Source: a virus. From it: a stretch of DNA of 64,000 bases. Numbering within the stretch: position 1 is the stretch's first letter; the number at the start of each line of letters is the position of its first letter. This document shows positions 29,314-38,200 of this stretch, in pieces. The stretch spans positions 1 to 64,000 of IMG/VR virus record IMGVR_UViG_3300005573_000054; one strand, written 5' to 3'. The notes under the pieces were generated by a model, which ran no database searches, was not told where the DNA came from, and was given only the letters and a program-made list of their open reading frames with translations. Both the position numbers and the translations under genes were made by a program.

Positions 29314-30627
29314 ATGGACATAACCAATCTTCCAAAAGTTACATCATCAAAGTTATTCATCAGACACGGCAAGTCAACTAAGTTCCATCCCGAAGGTTTA
29401 TATAGCGAGCAGATCTTCGGACCACTCGAGAGTTGGACATGTTGGTGTAATGACTACGTCTTCAAAAAGGAGGGAGAAAAGTGTCCCAAGTGTGGAATCC
29501 CATACACCACATCTCTTCTTCGAAGGAATCAACACGCAGTTATTGAGCTAAGTCAAGAAATAATTAGTGGGTTAACGTACATTCTTATCAAGAGAGGACC
29601 CAAACTTATAAAGAATCTATACACATCTATTAAGTCTAATAATGCGGTGATTTTTAATAAAGCCAACATGACACCTAAACAAGTTATTAAACTTGTAGAT
29701 CTAGAAGACGATATCGAAGAGAAAGATGACGAATTAGTAGTCAAGTCCCTTTTAGATATACCTAAAGCTTTAGAAGTTTTAAAAGATATACATTCCTATC
29801 AGAAAAACGAGATCGTCCAAACCCTGTATAGACTAGTAGAAATAGGTCGCTTCTTTTGTAAACATGTTATTGTAATACCTCCTGATTTAAGACCAATTAT
29901 CAGCGAGAATATTATCGATGAAATTTCAGTAAAATACCAAGCGATCGTCTTACATGAAGAATTGACCAAGAATCAAGTCAAGGGTAAGTTAATCACAGAG
30001 ATTTCAAGAAATTCACTTCAAAACGCAGTAGATGACTTAAGAGATGTAATTATCGAAAAACTCAAAGGAAAGGAGGGTTTACTAAGAGGTGCAGCAGGTA
30101 AAAGATGTGACTGGACAGGAAGGGCTACAATAGTCCCTTCTCTGAATGAAAGTTTCAAGATAAGTATGCCTTATGTTATGGCTCTTGAGATTTTTAGAAT
30201 GGATATCACGAAAAGCTTAACAAACAAACTACAACTTCCCTTTAACTCAATTATCGAGTATATCAACGAAGTCAAAAACGATCCTAACACTGATAAAGTT
30301 CCAAGAGAGATAAAAGAGAAGATTAAGCAAACACTTAACCGTCTTCTCGAAAAGGAGATCTTTATTATTAACAGACAACCTACGTTGCATAGAGGTTCTA
30401 TGTTTGCTGTGAGAGCTGAAACATGGGACCATCTATCAATAGGACTTCCCAGAACATTATGTGATCCAATGAACGCTGATTTTGATGGTGACTCAGTTGT
30501 AGGAACAGTAACACTCTACAACGAAGAAGGTAAAGAAGTTTTTAAAGGGCATCTTAGTAAGCTTTTCGAGCAACACTGCCAAACATTATCACATCATTTA
30601 AACAAAACAACAGAGAGGAGGAGTTAA
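29314..30627 (+). CDS. RNA polymerase beta' N-terminal half fused to split-intein N fragment
   Basis: GLYSEQIFGP, CWC..CPKCG zinc ribbon, VIPPDLRP, KGKEGLLR, GKRCDWTGR, NRQPTLHR and NADFDGD, followed by 44 non-RNAP residues. Confidence 0.92.
   Translation: MDITNLPKVTSSKLFIRHGKSTKFHPEGLYSEQIFGPLESWTCWCNDYVFKKEGEKCPKCGIPYTTSLLRRNQHAVIELSQEIISGLTYILIKRGPKLIKNLYTSIKSNNAVIFNKANMTPKQVIKLVDLEDDIEEKDDELVVKSLLDIPKALEVLKDIHSYQKNEIVQTLYRLVEIGRFFCKHVIVIPPDLRPIISENIIDEISVKYQAIVLHEELTKNQVKGKLITEISRNSLQNAVDDLRDVIIEKLKGKEGLLRGAAGKRCDWTGRATIVPSLNESFKISMPYVMALEIFRMDITKSLTNKLQLPFNSIIEYINEVKNDPNTDKVPREIKEKIKQTLNRLLEKEIFIINRQPTLHRGSMFAVRAETWDHLSIGLPRTLCDPMNADFDGDSVVGTVTLYNEEGKEVFKGHLSKLFEQHCQTLSHHLNKTTERRS
30493..30624 (+). 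other. Split intein N fragment (44 aa, Ser1)
   Basis: SVVGTVTLYNEEG...KGHLSKLFE begins exactly after DFDGD, where beta' homology stops. It resembles intein block A plus the IxEL-type segment. Confidence 0.75.
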
Positions 30628-30629
30628 AG

Positions 30630-31268
30630 ATGGATGTATTTATCTTTGTCTCAGAGACAGACCAGACTCAGGCTATTAACGAGGCATTTAAAACACAAAA
30701 CACTGAGTTTGTAGTAGTTCCAGTGACTCAGTTACCGCACCACGTAATAGTAAACAAAATTTATGAGAAAGAGAATGATGGTGCTTTTTTGAAAATCCTC
30801 AGTGATACGATTTTGTTAAACGACCTTAGAATCAATGTATTAAAAGGTTTAAAGTCCAAAATTAACAACATAGCGTTTTCACTCTTTCCATTTGGAAAGA
30901 TTAATAGTAAAGACTTGGACTTTATTATCAGATCATTCATTAAAATTCAACTGGAAGATTTTATTGATGAAATCGAAGATCTCTTTGATGAAACTATTGT
31001 GTTCTGGTTTATACAAGTAAATCCTAATACTCAAAACTACAAGATATCATATAGCTATACCGATTCTATTAACTTCGCAAAGTGTAATTATAACATTTCT
31101 GATCTTCTTAAAGGTATCTTTGAAAAAGTTGAAAATACAGTCGACGAAGAAGATGTTTTAGATGAAGAAGACGAGTCAAGTGAGCCTCAAGATGAAGAAG
31201 TAAGTAGCAAAGAAAAAGATGAATCGGAGGCGAGCAATGAACAACGAGATTTGGTTTCGTCAGACTAA
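30630..31268 (+). CDS. Hypothetical protein with acidic tail, inserted between the split beta' halves
   Basis: GAGGAGGAG SD, 2 nt after the upstream stop, overlapping the downstream start. No HNH, GIY-YIG or LAGLIDADG motif seen. Confidence 0.8.
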   Translation: MDVFIFVSETDQTQAINEAFKTQNTEFVVVPVTQLPHHVIVNKIYEKENDGAFLKILSDTILLNDLRINVLKGLKSKINNIAFSLFPFGKINSKDLDFIIRSFIKIQLEDFIDEIEDLFDETIVFWFIQVNPNTQNYKISYSYTDSINFAKCNYNISDLLKGIFEKVENTVDEEDVLDEEDESSEPQDEEVSSKEKDESEASNEQRDLVSSD

Positions 31269-31701
31269 GTTCGTGGAACATAAGGATGGAAGAGTAGTTC
31301 TACACTATACACCACTCAAAAAATTATACATCGATTCAATCAACCTCGAGACAGGAGAAGTTTCGAAGAAAAGAATTCTTGAGTTTACTGTTCACCAAAA
31401 TGTTGAATTATATAGCATATCAAAAACAAATTCCAAAAAGTGGAAACCTCTATACGGGACTAAGGATCATGGGTATATAGTGTTTGATAGACGTGATAGA
31501 TCTTATAAAAGAGTGTCACTGTTCGACATCGATAAAGAAAATCACTTCTTCGTAATGATTTCCCCGAGGTCTTCTAAAGTCAGACTTGTTAGTCTCGATG
31601 ACCTAAAAATAGAACTATATGATCAACATGGAACTGCTTTCGATTTTACCGTAGAAGACAACTTTACTTTTGCTGTAAATAATGGACTTTTTGTCTTTGA
31701 C
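31237..31701 (+). other. Split intein C fragment (155 aa, ends Phe-Asp; +1 Thr)
   Basis: Block B YGTKDHGY (TxxH), block F AFDFTVEDNFTFAVNNG and block G LFVFD|T. Beta' homology resumes at TVSL. Confidence 0.8.
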
Positions 31702-33237
31702 ACAGTAAGCTTAATAAGAGTGTTTGATAACAAACAAGATGTTTGGCAGAAGATGTCACCTGCCTCAAAAACTGCGTGTATTAACTTTCAAAATGGATCT
31801 AGTTACCAGTTCGTTCCTAAACAAGACATCGTTTATGGGCTATACCTTCTTTCGAAGACTCCAGAGGGTCGAAAGAAAATAGAGTCGATAGTAGGAAAGC
31901 CAATAGGTGACGAACCACTAACGAAAAAACGTCTAGCACAGTTACTATCAGAGATTAGTGATATCACAGTAACTGATAAGTTGTGTAAACTTGCTGATAA
32001 ACAGATCATTCGAAATCCTATTACTCTTTCACTTCTAGATTTTATGTATGATAAGAATGGTCAATTGATGGAAGATAAGTTTCTAATAGATGACTCAAAT
32101 GATTACCTTGAAGTCATGAAAAAGCTCAATGATATGGAAGAGTATCTCAAAGAAAATTTTAACAAGAGAGATATTATACTTTCTGGAGCTCGTGGTGATT
32201 TTTCTCAAGTTAGACAGATAAGTATGGCAAGAGGATTTGTGACCGATTTTAGGGGTCGAGTTGTTCAGACTCCTGTGAAAAGTTCGTATCTAAGAGGACT
32301 CAAACCAGAGGAAACGTTTATATCTGCGAAGGGTACAAGAAAGGCTCTTATCGATACAATATCTTCGATAAGCAAGTCGGGATATATGTTTAGAAAACTT
32401 GCTTTTACAGCATGTAATGCCTTATTGAATCTTAACATAGACGATTGTTCCTATAAGAAAGAACCGTCTTTTATAAAACTTGAAAATGTCGATGAAAAAC
32501 TTGCAAGGGCACTTCTAAAACGATATTACACAGACGAAGACCCTAAGAAAAACAACGTCGTTCTTAAACAAGTAGTCAACCCCCAAGAAATCGTTGGTAA
32601 AGACATCTGGTTAAGAAGTCCTCTTACCTGTAAGAGTATACAAAAAGGTATCTGTAGAACATGTTACCCTTTTAATCCATCCTCAAAATTTATTGGAATA
32701 ATAGCCGCTCAAAGTATTTCAGAGAGAACAACTCAGCTAACTCTAAGAACTTTTCACACGGGAGGTGTAGCCAAGGATTTAAAAGGTACAGGTAAGTCAG
32801 AAGACGTAACAAATACTCTTAGAGATGTTATTAAGTACTTCGATTCATCAAAAGTTTATAGAAGTGTAGATTCAGTCTTTAGTGATATGTTGACCATCTG
32901 GAGACATTATTCGGAATTATCAAACATCCAACTAATTCATTTCGAAATCGTTACAATGGAAAGGTTATATGTGAGACTGAAAGATAGTAGTAATGGTCAG
33001 GTTACAGAAGTTTCGTGGAAACATTATCTTTCCTTGGAAAACAAGCCGGAAATTTCTTCGTTAGTCCTTTACTCAGTCAAGCAGATACCTACAAAGAAGA
33101 GTAAGACTCTTGGACTGTTGTTTGAGAATCCAGTCTTGGCCCTGAAAAACATTATTGTTGAACAGTTTCTAGAGAATAAGCTTAAACAGAACAAGTTGAC
33201 ACCACTTGATGGAATTTACTTGTTTTTGAGTCTTTAA
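31237..33237 (+). CDS. Split-intein C fragment fused to RNA polymerase beta' C-terminal half
   Basis: After the intein: PKQDIVYGLYLL, SGARG, SSYLRGL, GTRKALIDT, SGYMFRKL, RSPLTC..GICRTCY and AAQSISERTTQLTLRTFHTGG. GGAGG precedes the ATG at 31237. Confidence 0.92.
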   Translation: MNNEIWFRQTKFVEHKDGRVVLHYTPLKKLYIDSINLETGEVSKKRILEFTVHQNVELYSISKTNSKKWKPLYGTKDHGYIVFDRRDRSYKRVSLFDIDKENHFFVMISPRSSKVRLVSLDDLKIELYDQHGTAFDFTVEDNFTFAVNNGLFVFDTVSLIRVFDNKQDVWQKMSPASKTACINFQNGSSYQFVPKQDIVYGLYLLSKTPEGRKKIESIVGKPIGDEPLTKKRLAQLLSEISDITVTDKLCKLADKQIIRNPITLSLLDFMYDKNGQLMEDKFLIDDSNDYLEVMKKLNDMEEYLKENFNKRDIILSGARGDFSQVRQISMARGFVTDFRGRVVQTPVKSSYLRGLKPEETFISAKGTRKALIDTISSISKSGYMFRKLAFTACNALLNLNIDDCSYKKEPSFIKLENVDEKLARALLKRYYTDEDPKKNNVVLKQVVNPQEIVGKDIWLRSPLTCKSIQKGICRTCYPFNPSSKFIGIIAAQSISERTTQLTLRTFHTGGVAKDLKGTGKSEDVTNTLRDVIKYFDSSKVYRSVDSVFSDMLTIWRHYSELSNIQLIHFEIVTMERLYVRLKDSSNGQVTEVSWKHYLSLENKPEISSLVLYSVKQIPTKKSKTLGLLFENPVLALKNIIVEQFLENKLKQNKLTPLDGIYLFLSL

Positions 33238-33256
33238 TCTCAAAAAGGAGGTTGTT

Positions 33257-34567
33257 ATGTTTACAGTGCTTCCTGAGCGTCCTATTAATACACCACAGTT
33301 CCTAAAGTATAAACCTGACAGATTGAAGGAGAAGATTATAAAAGCTTGTACATCTGTAGCTAGTTATTTAGGACTTGATTTTTCTTATAATGAGATAATG
33401 AAGCAAAATGACGTGATAAAAAATACTTACATCTCTGATTTCATTGTCTTATCGTTTAAAACTAAACAACAAGATGTAAACTTTACAGTAGAGTATGAAT
33501 TTCCTATACTAAAGAAGCTCAACAATGGAGCGTTCTTTATAAAAGGTTATGAATACTTTATTGTAAAATGTATTAGAGAAACTCTTTGGGATGATAAAAC
33601 AGTCTGTGTCCGAACAAGAATGATCGATCTTGATATCGATCTTTATGTGGATCGTAATCTTAATTTTGGGACAAGGTATAAGGGTGATTCACTTATAGAG
33701 TATCTTACTTATCTCTGTTCCAAGAGACCAGAGCTGTTCGAAAAACACAAGGATAAGCTTAAAGAAATGGGTATTAGAGAGCTTTATGATAAGAAGCAAA
33801 TTATAAAAATGGAGAAATCAGAGAATCTAAATTTTAATAATTCCGTTCTTGTTTGTAGTTTGAGCCTGTGTGATTATGTAAAAGAGTATTGTGAAGATAT
33901 AGTAGATCTTCTTATAAAAACTACGTCCGTGGCCTGTTCGAGCATCAAAATAACTAACTTAAAGCCATCGAAAGAGCTTGAGTCGTTAGAATATGACACT
34001 GAGTCTGGTGTAACCCTTAGACATAAAAAGATCGTCAATGAAGAAGAAATACTATATAACGCGGCAGTAAAGGATATCATCAAAGATATCCTTACGAAAC
34101 ACAGGAAGTTCACGAAAACTAAAAAAGAAGTAAGGTCGAGAGTAGAACTCGATCCATCCGTTTACATGTACAATTATATTCAGCTTGAACAATTTCTTTC
34201 TCCGACAGCTTTCACTGCAAATAAAAACAAAGTTACAATATTAACTTCGAATGGAGCCCAACATTCGTCTTCTGTTCACACAGGTGGAACTCAAACAAGC
34301 TACACAGCAAAAGAGCTTGATGAATTTTACAGGGATATTCATTCGTCACAGATTTTTTATCTAGATCCAATCACTACTCCAGATAAAGATAAGACTGGTA
34401 TCAACTTGTGGCCTTCCGTTGATATACAACTTGATTCGTACGGAAGGTTTAAAGGAGTACTCAATGAGGAATACAAACATCTTTCAAGAGTTTTTGAAAG
34501 TGGTTTCGAGAATTTACTAAGAATCATTAGACAACGAGAAAAAGGAGGTACAATAAATGGGGATTAA
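33257..34567 (+). CDS. RNA polymerase beta subunit, N-terminal part (divergent)
   Basis: FFIKGYE (FxINGxE-like) and RDIHSSQIFYLDPITTPDKDKTGIN (RDVH..CPIETPEG..GL-like). Confidence 0.75.
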   Translation: MFTVLPERPINTPQFLKYKPDRLKEKIIKACTSVASYLGLDFSYNEIMKQNDVIKNTYISDFIVLSFKTKQQDVNFTVEYEFPILKKLNNGAFFIKGYEYFIVKCIRETLWDDKTVCVRTRMIDLDIDLYVDRNLNFGTRYKGDSLIEYLTYLCSKRPELFEKHKDKLKEMGIRELYDKKQIIKMEKSENLNFNNSVLVCSLSLCDYVKEYCEDIVDLLIKTTSVACSSIKITNLKPSKELESLEYDTESGVTLRHKKIVNEEEILYNAAVKDIIKDILTKHRKFTKTKKEVRSRVELDPSVYMYNYIQLEQFLSPTAFTANKNKVTILTSNGAQHSSSVHTGGTQTSYTAKELDEFYRDIHSSQIFYLDPITTPDKDKTGINLWPSVDIQLDSYGRFKGVLNEEYKHLSRVFESGFENLLRIIRQREKGGTINGD

Positions 34568-36491
34568 TCCATTAACTTTACATCTATCTTTAACACCGTT
34601 CGCCAACTTTAATGATGGGAATAGGCTACAGATGTCAGCCTCTCAGTTAAGACAACAACTTTCCCTTAACAAACCCGAAATCCCTTGGGTTGTTACGGGA
34701 TACGAGAAAGCTATTCTTGATTCGTATAGACTCATGAAAAGTGGAACAGTTAAGTTTATACATGATTCATTCATAATCTTAGAAACAGACACAGGGGAAT
34801 GGGAGTTTATCAAGCTATCGCCTCATGAAGAGGCTTTCTGTGAGGTGGGTCAACATGTAGAAGAAGACGATATTATAGTTGTTCCTCGAGGATTTACCGC
34901 CTGGGGAGACGTTGAAAAAGTAGTTGCTTTTGGTATCAACGTGTATACAAGTATTATGAGTCATCCACTTGCTTACGAGGATGGATATGTCATTTCATCT
35001 CATGTTACCCCAAGATTTTCAAGTTTTAAAGTCAGAGAAGAAATAATAATCCTAAAAGACAATGAGTTTATAGTCCCTTCTCATAAAAACGGTTTTTGGC
35101 TTCCACAGCCTGATAGCGTTTTTCCTAAATTTTCTAAAGTTTTGGAGATTATAGATTTATCGCTTAGAAAGAGAAAAGTAGTGTTCGAGACTGATATCCA
35201 GATCATCTATAGTGATATAATCCCTAATAAGAAGATCAACCCTGATCTTCCTGGTCCATTTAGAGGTTTTCTTGCAAGGAAGCTTAAAGAAAAAGAAGAT
35301 ATCGTTGAGTTTTTGAGGAATAAAGGAGTTGATGAGAAAACCCTGTTTGATGTGTCGTGTGTTCTGGGATTACAGGGTGATTTGGCAGATAAACAGAAGG
35401 ATTGGTCGGCAGTAATCAAGATAGTTTGCAAAGAAAAACATGATAACATCTCCATCGGGGATAAGATTACGAATAGACATGCAGGAAAAGGTGTGGTTTC
35501 TCTGATATGCGAAGAGGATACGATGCCCATCTGTTATCCCGATTTTCAGAGGACTGAGGTCATCTTAAATCCTATGAGCATTATCAGTAGAATGAACGTT
35601 GGAACATTTTATGAACTTATTACGTCACGAATAATATATTATTTCAACAAAAAGATCTCGAAATTAGTAAAGAGTGGAAACATAGAACAACTCTTTCAAG
35701 AATTAATTACATTCTACAGTACAATTGATTACTCCGACTCTAAATTTATTTCAAAATATATTATGAACGTAATTGAAGACCTTAGAGAATCAGCTCAAAA
35801 GAGACCGTCTGAAACTGAAGAATTTCTAAAAAGAACTTGGTGGCCATTCGTTGCCCCACCTTATGAGTGCCCTCCACTAGAGATAATTGAAAACTTGGCT
35901 TTCAAGTACATTCCAAATTGTTATTTTGTCGAAGAGTTTATCGAGACACCTAACAAGAGTGATTTTAACGTGTATTCACTTTCTGCTTCTAAGCGAGAAG
36001 TAGAAGTAAATATCGAGTATATCAAAGATATATTTTCTCTGAGCGAGGAGAATATACTTGAGAAGTATCATGTGAGGAAAACGCATCCTTTTATCGAGAT
36101 CTGTAGGAATCCCAAGACAGGAACGTTTCATTTCTTAAATAGTGGCTGGCTTTATTATATGAAACTTGTCCATCTTGCCGAGTATAAGATCTCCGCTAGA
36201 TCCGTGGGGAAACTATCAAGTAAGTACTTGCAACCCAAGAGGGAGTTCAAAGACACTGGTCAGCGCGTCGGAGAGATGGAAACTCTCTGCTTGATCTCTT
36301 ATGATTCTTTGCCGTTGTTGTATGATATCCTTACGAAGCAGAGTGATGATTTCGTCGGAAAGATGGGATTGATCTTTAACACGCTTTTTGACTCGAATAC
36401 AAAGCATCTTAAGGGAACTACAGCTACTCTTGAGTTGATCCAGTCGTATTTAAATGTGTTTGACCCGTCTCTTAAATCTATTTTGCCATAG
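34557..36491 (+). CDS. RNA polymerase beta subunit, C-terminal part
   Basis: PFANFNDGNRLQMSASQLRQ, YEDG, GDKITNRHAGKGVVS, LNPMSIISRMNVG, YYMKLVH and GQRVGEME. Confidence 0.92.
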   Translation: MGINPLTLHLSLTPFANFNDGNRLQMSASQLRQQLSLNKPEIPWVVTGYEKAILDSYRLMKSGTVKFIHDSFIILETDTGEWEFIKLSPHEEAFCEVGQHVEEDDIIVVPRGFTAWGDVEKVVAFGINVYTSIMSHPLAYEDGYVISSHVTPRFSSFKVREEIIILKDNEFIVPSHKNGFWLPQPDSVFPKFSKVLEIIDLSLRKRKVVFETDIQIIYSDIIPNKKINPDLPGPFRGFLARKLKEKEDIVEFLRNKGVDEKTLFDVSCVLGLQGDLADKQKDWSAVIKIVCKEKHDNISIGDKITNRHAGKGVVSLICEEDTMPICYPDFQRTEVILNPMSIISRMNVGTFYELITSRIIYYFNKKISKLVKSGNIEQLFQELITFYSTIDYSDSKFISKYIMNVIEDLRESAQKRPSETEEFLKRTWWPFVAPPYECPPLEIIENLAFKYIPNCYFVEEFIETPNKSDFNVYSLSASKREVEVNIEYIKDIFSLSEENILEKYHVRKTHPFIEICRNPKTGTFHFLNSGWLYYMKLVHLAEYKISARSVGKLSSKYLQPKREFKDTGQRVGEMETLCLISYDSLPLLYDILTKQSDDFVGKMGLIFNTLFDSNTKHLKGTTATLELIQSYLNVFDPSLKSILP

Positions 36492-36500
36492 GAGGATGAA

Positions 36501-37166
36501 ATGGATAAGAAAAGTCGTATCGAGAAGCTGTTCTGTGATATTTTTGATGTTATCTTTGAAGGTTCGGGAGAAAACTGGAGAGATGATCAGCACCTAGTTG
36601 AGACTCCAAGTAGGTTGTCTAAGATGTTTCTAGATGAGATCTTCATGAGGGTTTCGGGAACTGTAAATGAAACTCGGAATTCGAAGACGTTGTTCGATAA
36701 CAGAAGTAAGAATACAGTTGTTGAAGTGAAGAATCTTGTTGTGAAGGCATTCTGTGCTCATCATCTTGCTCCTTTTGTTGGTCATGCACGTGTCAGGTAC
36801 CTCCCTAAAAACTGGATTTTAGGGCTTTCCAAATTTCAAAGACTTCTCTCTGATCAGTGTGGAAGACCTTCCGTTCAAGAAGAGCTTACGTATAACTTTG
36901 CGAGGTCGCTTATAGAGTTGCTTGATCCTATCTTTCTTAATGTTAAGATGGCTTGTGTACATACGTGCATGGTCTCAAGGGGAGTGAAGCTTGACCAAGC
37001 TGTTACTGTTACAGAGTTTGATTACAATGAGAGTAGAGGGCTTCGATTCCTGCTAAACGAGGCCGATATTACTGAAGTTTACCCTCGTTTAGGTGAGACG
37101 ATGGAGAAAGAGATCTATGAGATTATGGAAAATCTCAAAACTGATTCAAGTAGGAGAACAAGTTAG
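36501..37166 (+). CDS. folE: GTP cyclohydrolase I
   Basis: ETPSR, FCAHHLAPF, GLSKFQR, VQE and HTCMVSRG. Confidence 0.92.
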   Translation: MDKKSRIEKLFCDIFDVIFEGSGENWRDDQHLVETPSRLSKMFLDEIFMRVSGTVNETRNSKTLFDNRSKNTVVEVKNLVVKAFCAHHLAPFVGHARVRYLPKNWILGLSKFQRLLSDQCGRPSVQEELTYNFARSLIELLDPIFLNVKMACVHTCMVSRGVKLDQAVTVTEFDYNESRGLRFLLNEADITEVYPRLGETMEKEIYEIMENLKTDSSRRTS

Positions 37167-37656
37167 TGGTGATGTAGTTTTCCCTAGCTTCTGGACAGAT
37201 TTTCGGAAGAGATTTCAACATCTTTCCATAAGTGAACCTTCTTTAGGATTCGAGTTCCTCCCATCTAGTCTGGTGAGCACTGTTGAGTGTGAGCCAGTGC
37301 TTGAGGCGAGGAATGGTATGGAACTCGTGAAAGTGAAGGGGAGTACCGAGAAAGAAGTATTCGTGTTTGCGTGGGGGTTCATCTTTGTGACGACGTTGAA
37401 GGGAGGAGGTATCTACAGGAGCATCCCTGTAGATCTGTTGAAGCTGATTGTCGATGCGAGAAGGGGTAGTGTGTCTGTGACCTCCGCTGTTCAGAAGTGT
37501 TTGGCTTATCTGAGGGAAGACGTAGTGGAGACGCCTTGGAAGGTCGATCACGTTCTAACGAGAGAGGGAGAGCTTGTGAGACCCGTCTTTCTCGAGAGAC
37601 GTGACCTCTGTGATGAATTCTACTACTCTCTTGTAGTCTGGAGCATTGTAGTGTGA
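37093..37656 (+). CDS. Hypothetical protein (start uncertain)
   Basis: 187-aa ORF overlapping the end of folE. Confidence 0.55.
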   Translation: MRRWRKRSMRLWKISKLIQVGEQVSGDVVFPSFWTDFRKRFQHLSISEPSLGFEFLPSSLVSTVECEPVLEARNGMELVKVKGSTEKEVFVFAWGFIFVTTLKGGGIYRSIPVDLLKLIVDARRGSVSVTSAVQKCLAYLREDVVETPWKVDHVLTREGELVRPVFLERRDLCDEFYYSLVVWSIVV

Positions 37657-37659
37657 ACT

Positions 37660-37695
37660 GTGAGAAGTGACGTCTGGATATATATAATGATAGAA
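37660..37695 (+). promoter_or_regulatory. Putative sigma70-type/early promoter
   Basis: GTGAGA-17 nt-TATAAT, embedded in GATATATATAATGATAGAA, which is shared with 9226. Confidence 0.5.
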
Positions 37696-37770
37696 GTCCG
37701 GCTGGCCGGAGGAGGTAAAGGGGGCGCCTCCTCCGTGCCGATAACAAGCCCCCACAAGTGAGGAGAGGCC

Positions 37771-38070
37771 ATGGAAGGAAAAAAGAGGAGAATTGAACTC
37801 CGGGGGTTAAAGGCCACACTTTTAAGAAGCATTATTGACACCACTGGAGTCAAATTGACTCCAGTGGAAGAAACAGCATCCGACTGGCCCGTATTATCAG
37901 TTACCGGTGGTTACGTCGAGCTGCGTCCGGGAGCTGTCTTAAACTTAAAGAAACCAGCAGTAAGGATGAATTTATTCTACATACAGGGTCTGGGACCAGT
38001 AGATCTTGTCCCGGATACGCACGATCCCCTTAGGGCTAAAATCATCAGGCGTTGGAAATTTAGATTCTAA
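37771..38070 (+). CDS. Hypothetical protein (99 aa)
   Basis: GAGGAGAGG SD. Flanked by a promoter and a terminator. Confidence 0.65.
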   Translation: MEGKKRRIELRGLKATLLRSIIDTTGVKLTPVEETASDWPVLSVTGGYVELRPGAVLNLKKPAVRMNLFYIQGLGPVDLVPDTHDPLRAKIIRRWKFRF

Positions 38071-38091
38071 TTTCCGCGTCTGACCTCGCAC

Positions 38092-38127
38092 GCCCCTCCC
38101 GAGCCGGACGGGAGGGGCACTTTTTTT
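38092..38127 (+). terminator. Intrinsic terminator
   Basis: GCCCCTCCCG...CGGGAGGGGC stem followed by T7. Confidence 0.85.
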
Positions 38128-38131
38128 AAAA

Positions 38132-38166
38132 ACCCTATAGAGTAGCGGGGGGATGCTCTATAGGGT
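38132..38166. promoter_or_regulatory. 11-bp inverted repeat at the start of the CAAG-rich operon
   Basis: ACCCTATAGAG-13 nt-CTCTATAGGGT. Confidence 0.5.
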
Positions 38167-38200
38167 AATGATAAACCCCTTAAACCAAAAGGAGGTTGTC

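Noticed and set aside
30493-31701. Group I/II intron or frameshift explaining the RNAP beta' break
   Set aside because: Both flanks encode in-frame intein-like protein blocks, each part has its own SD and stop, and I see no intron-like structured RNA.
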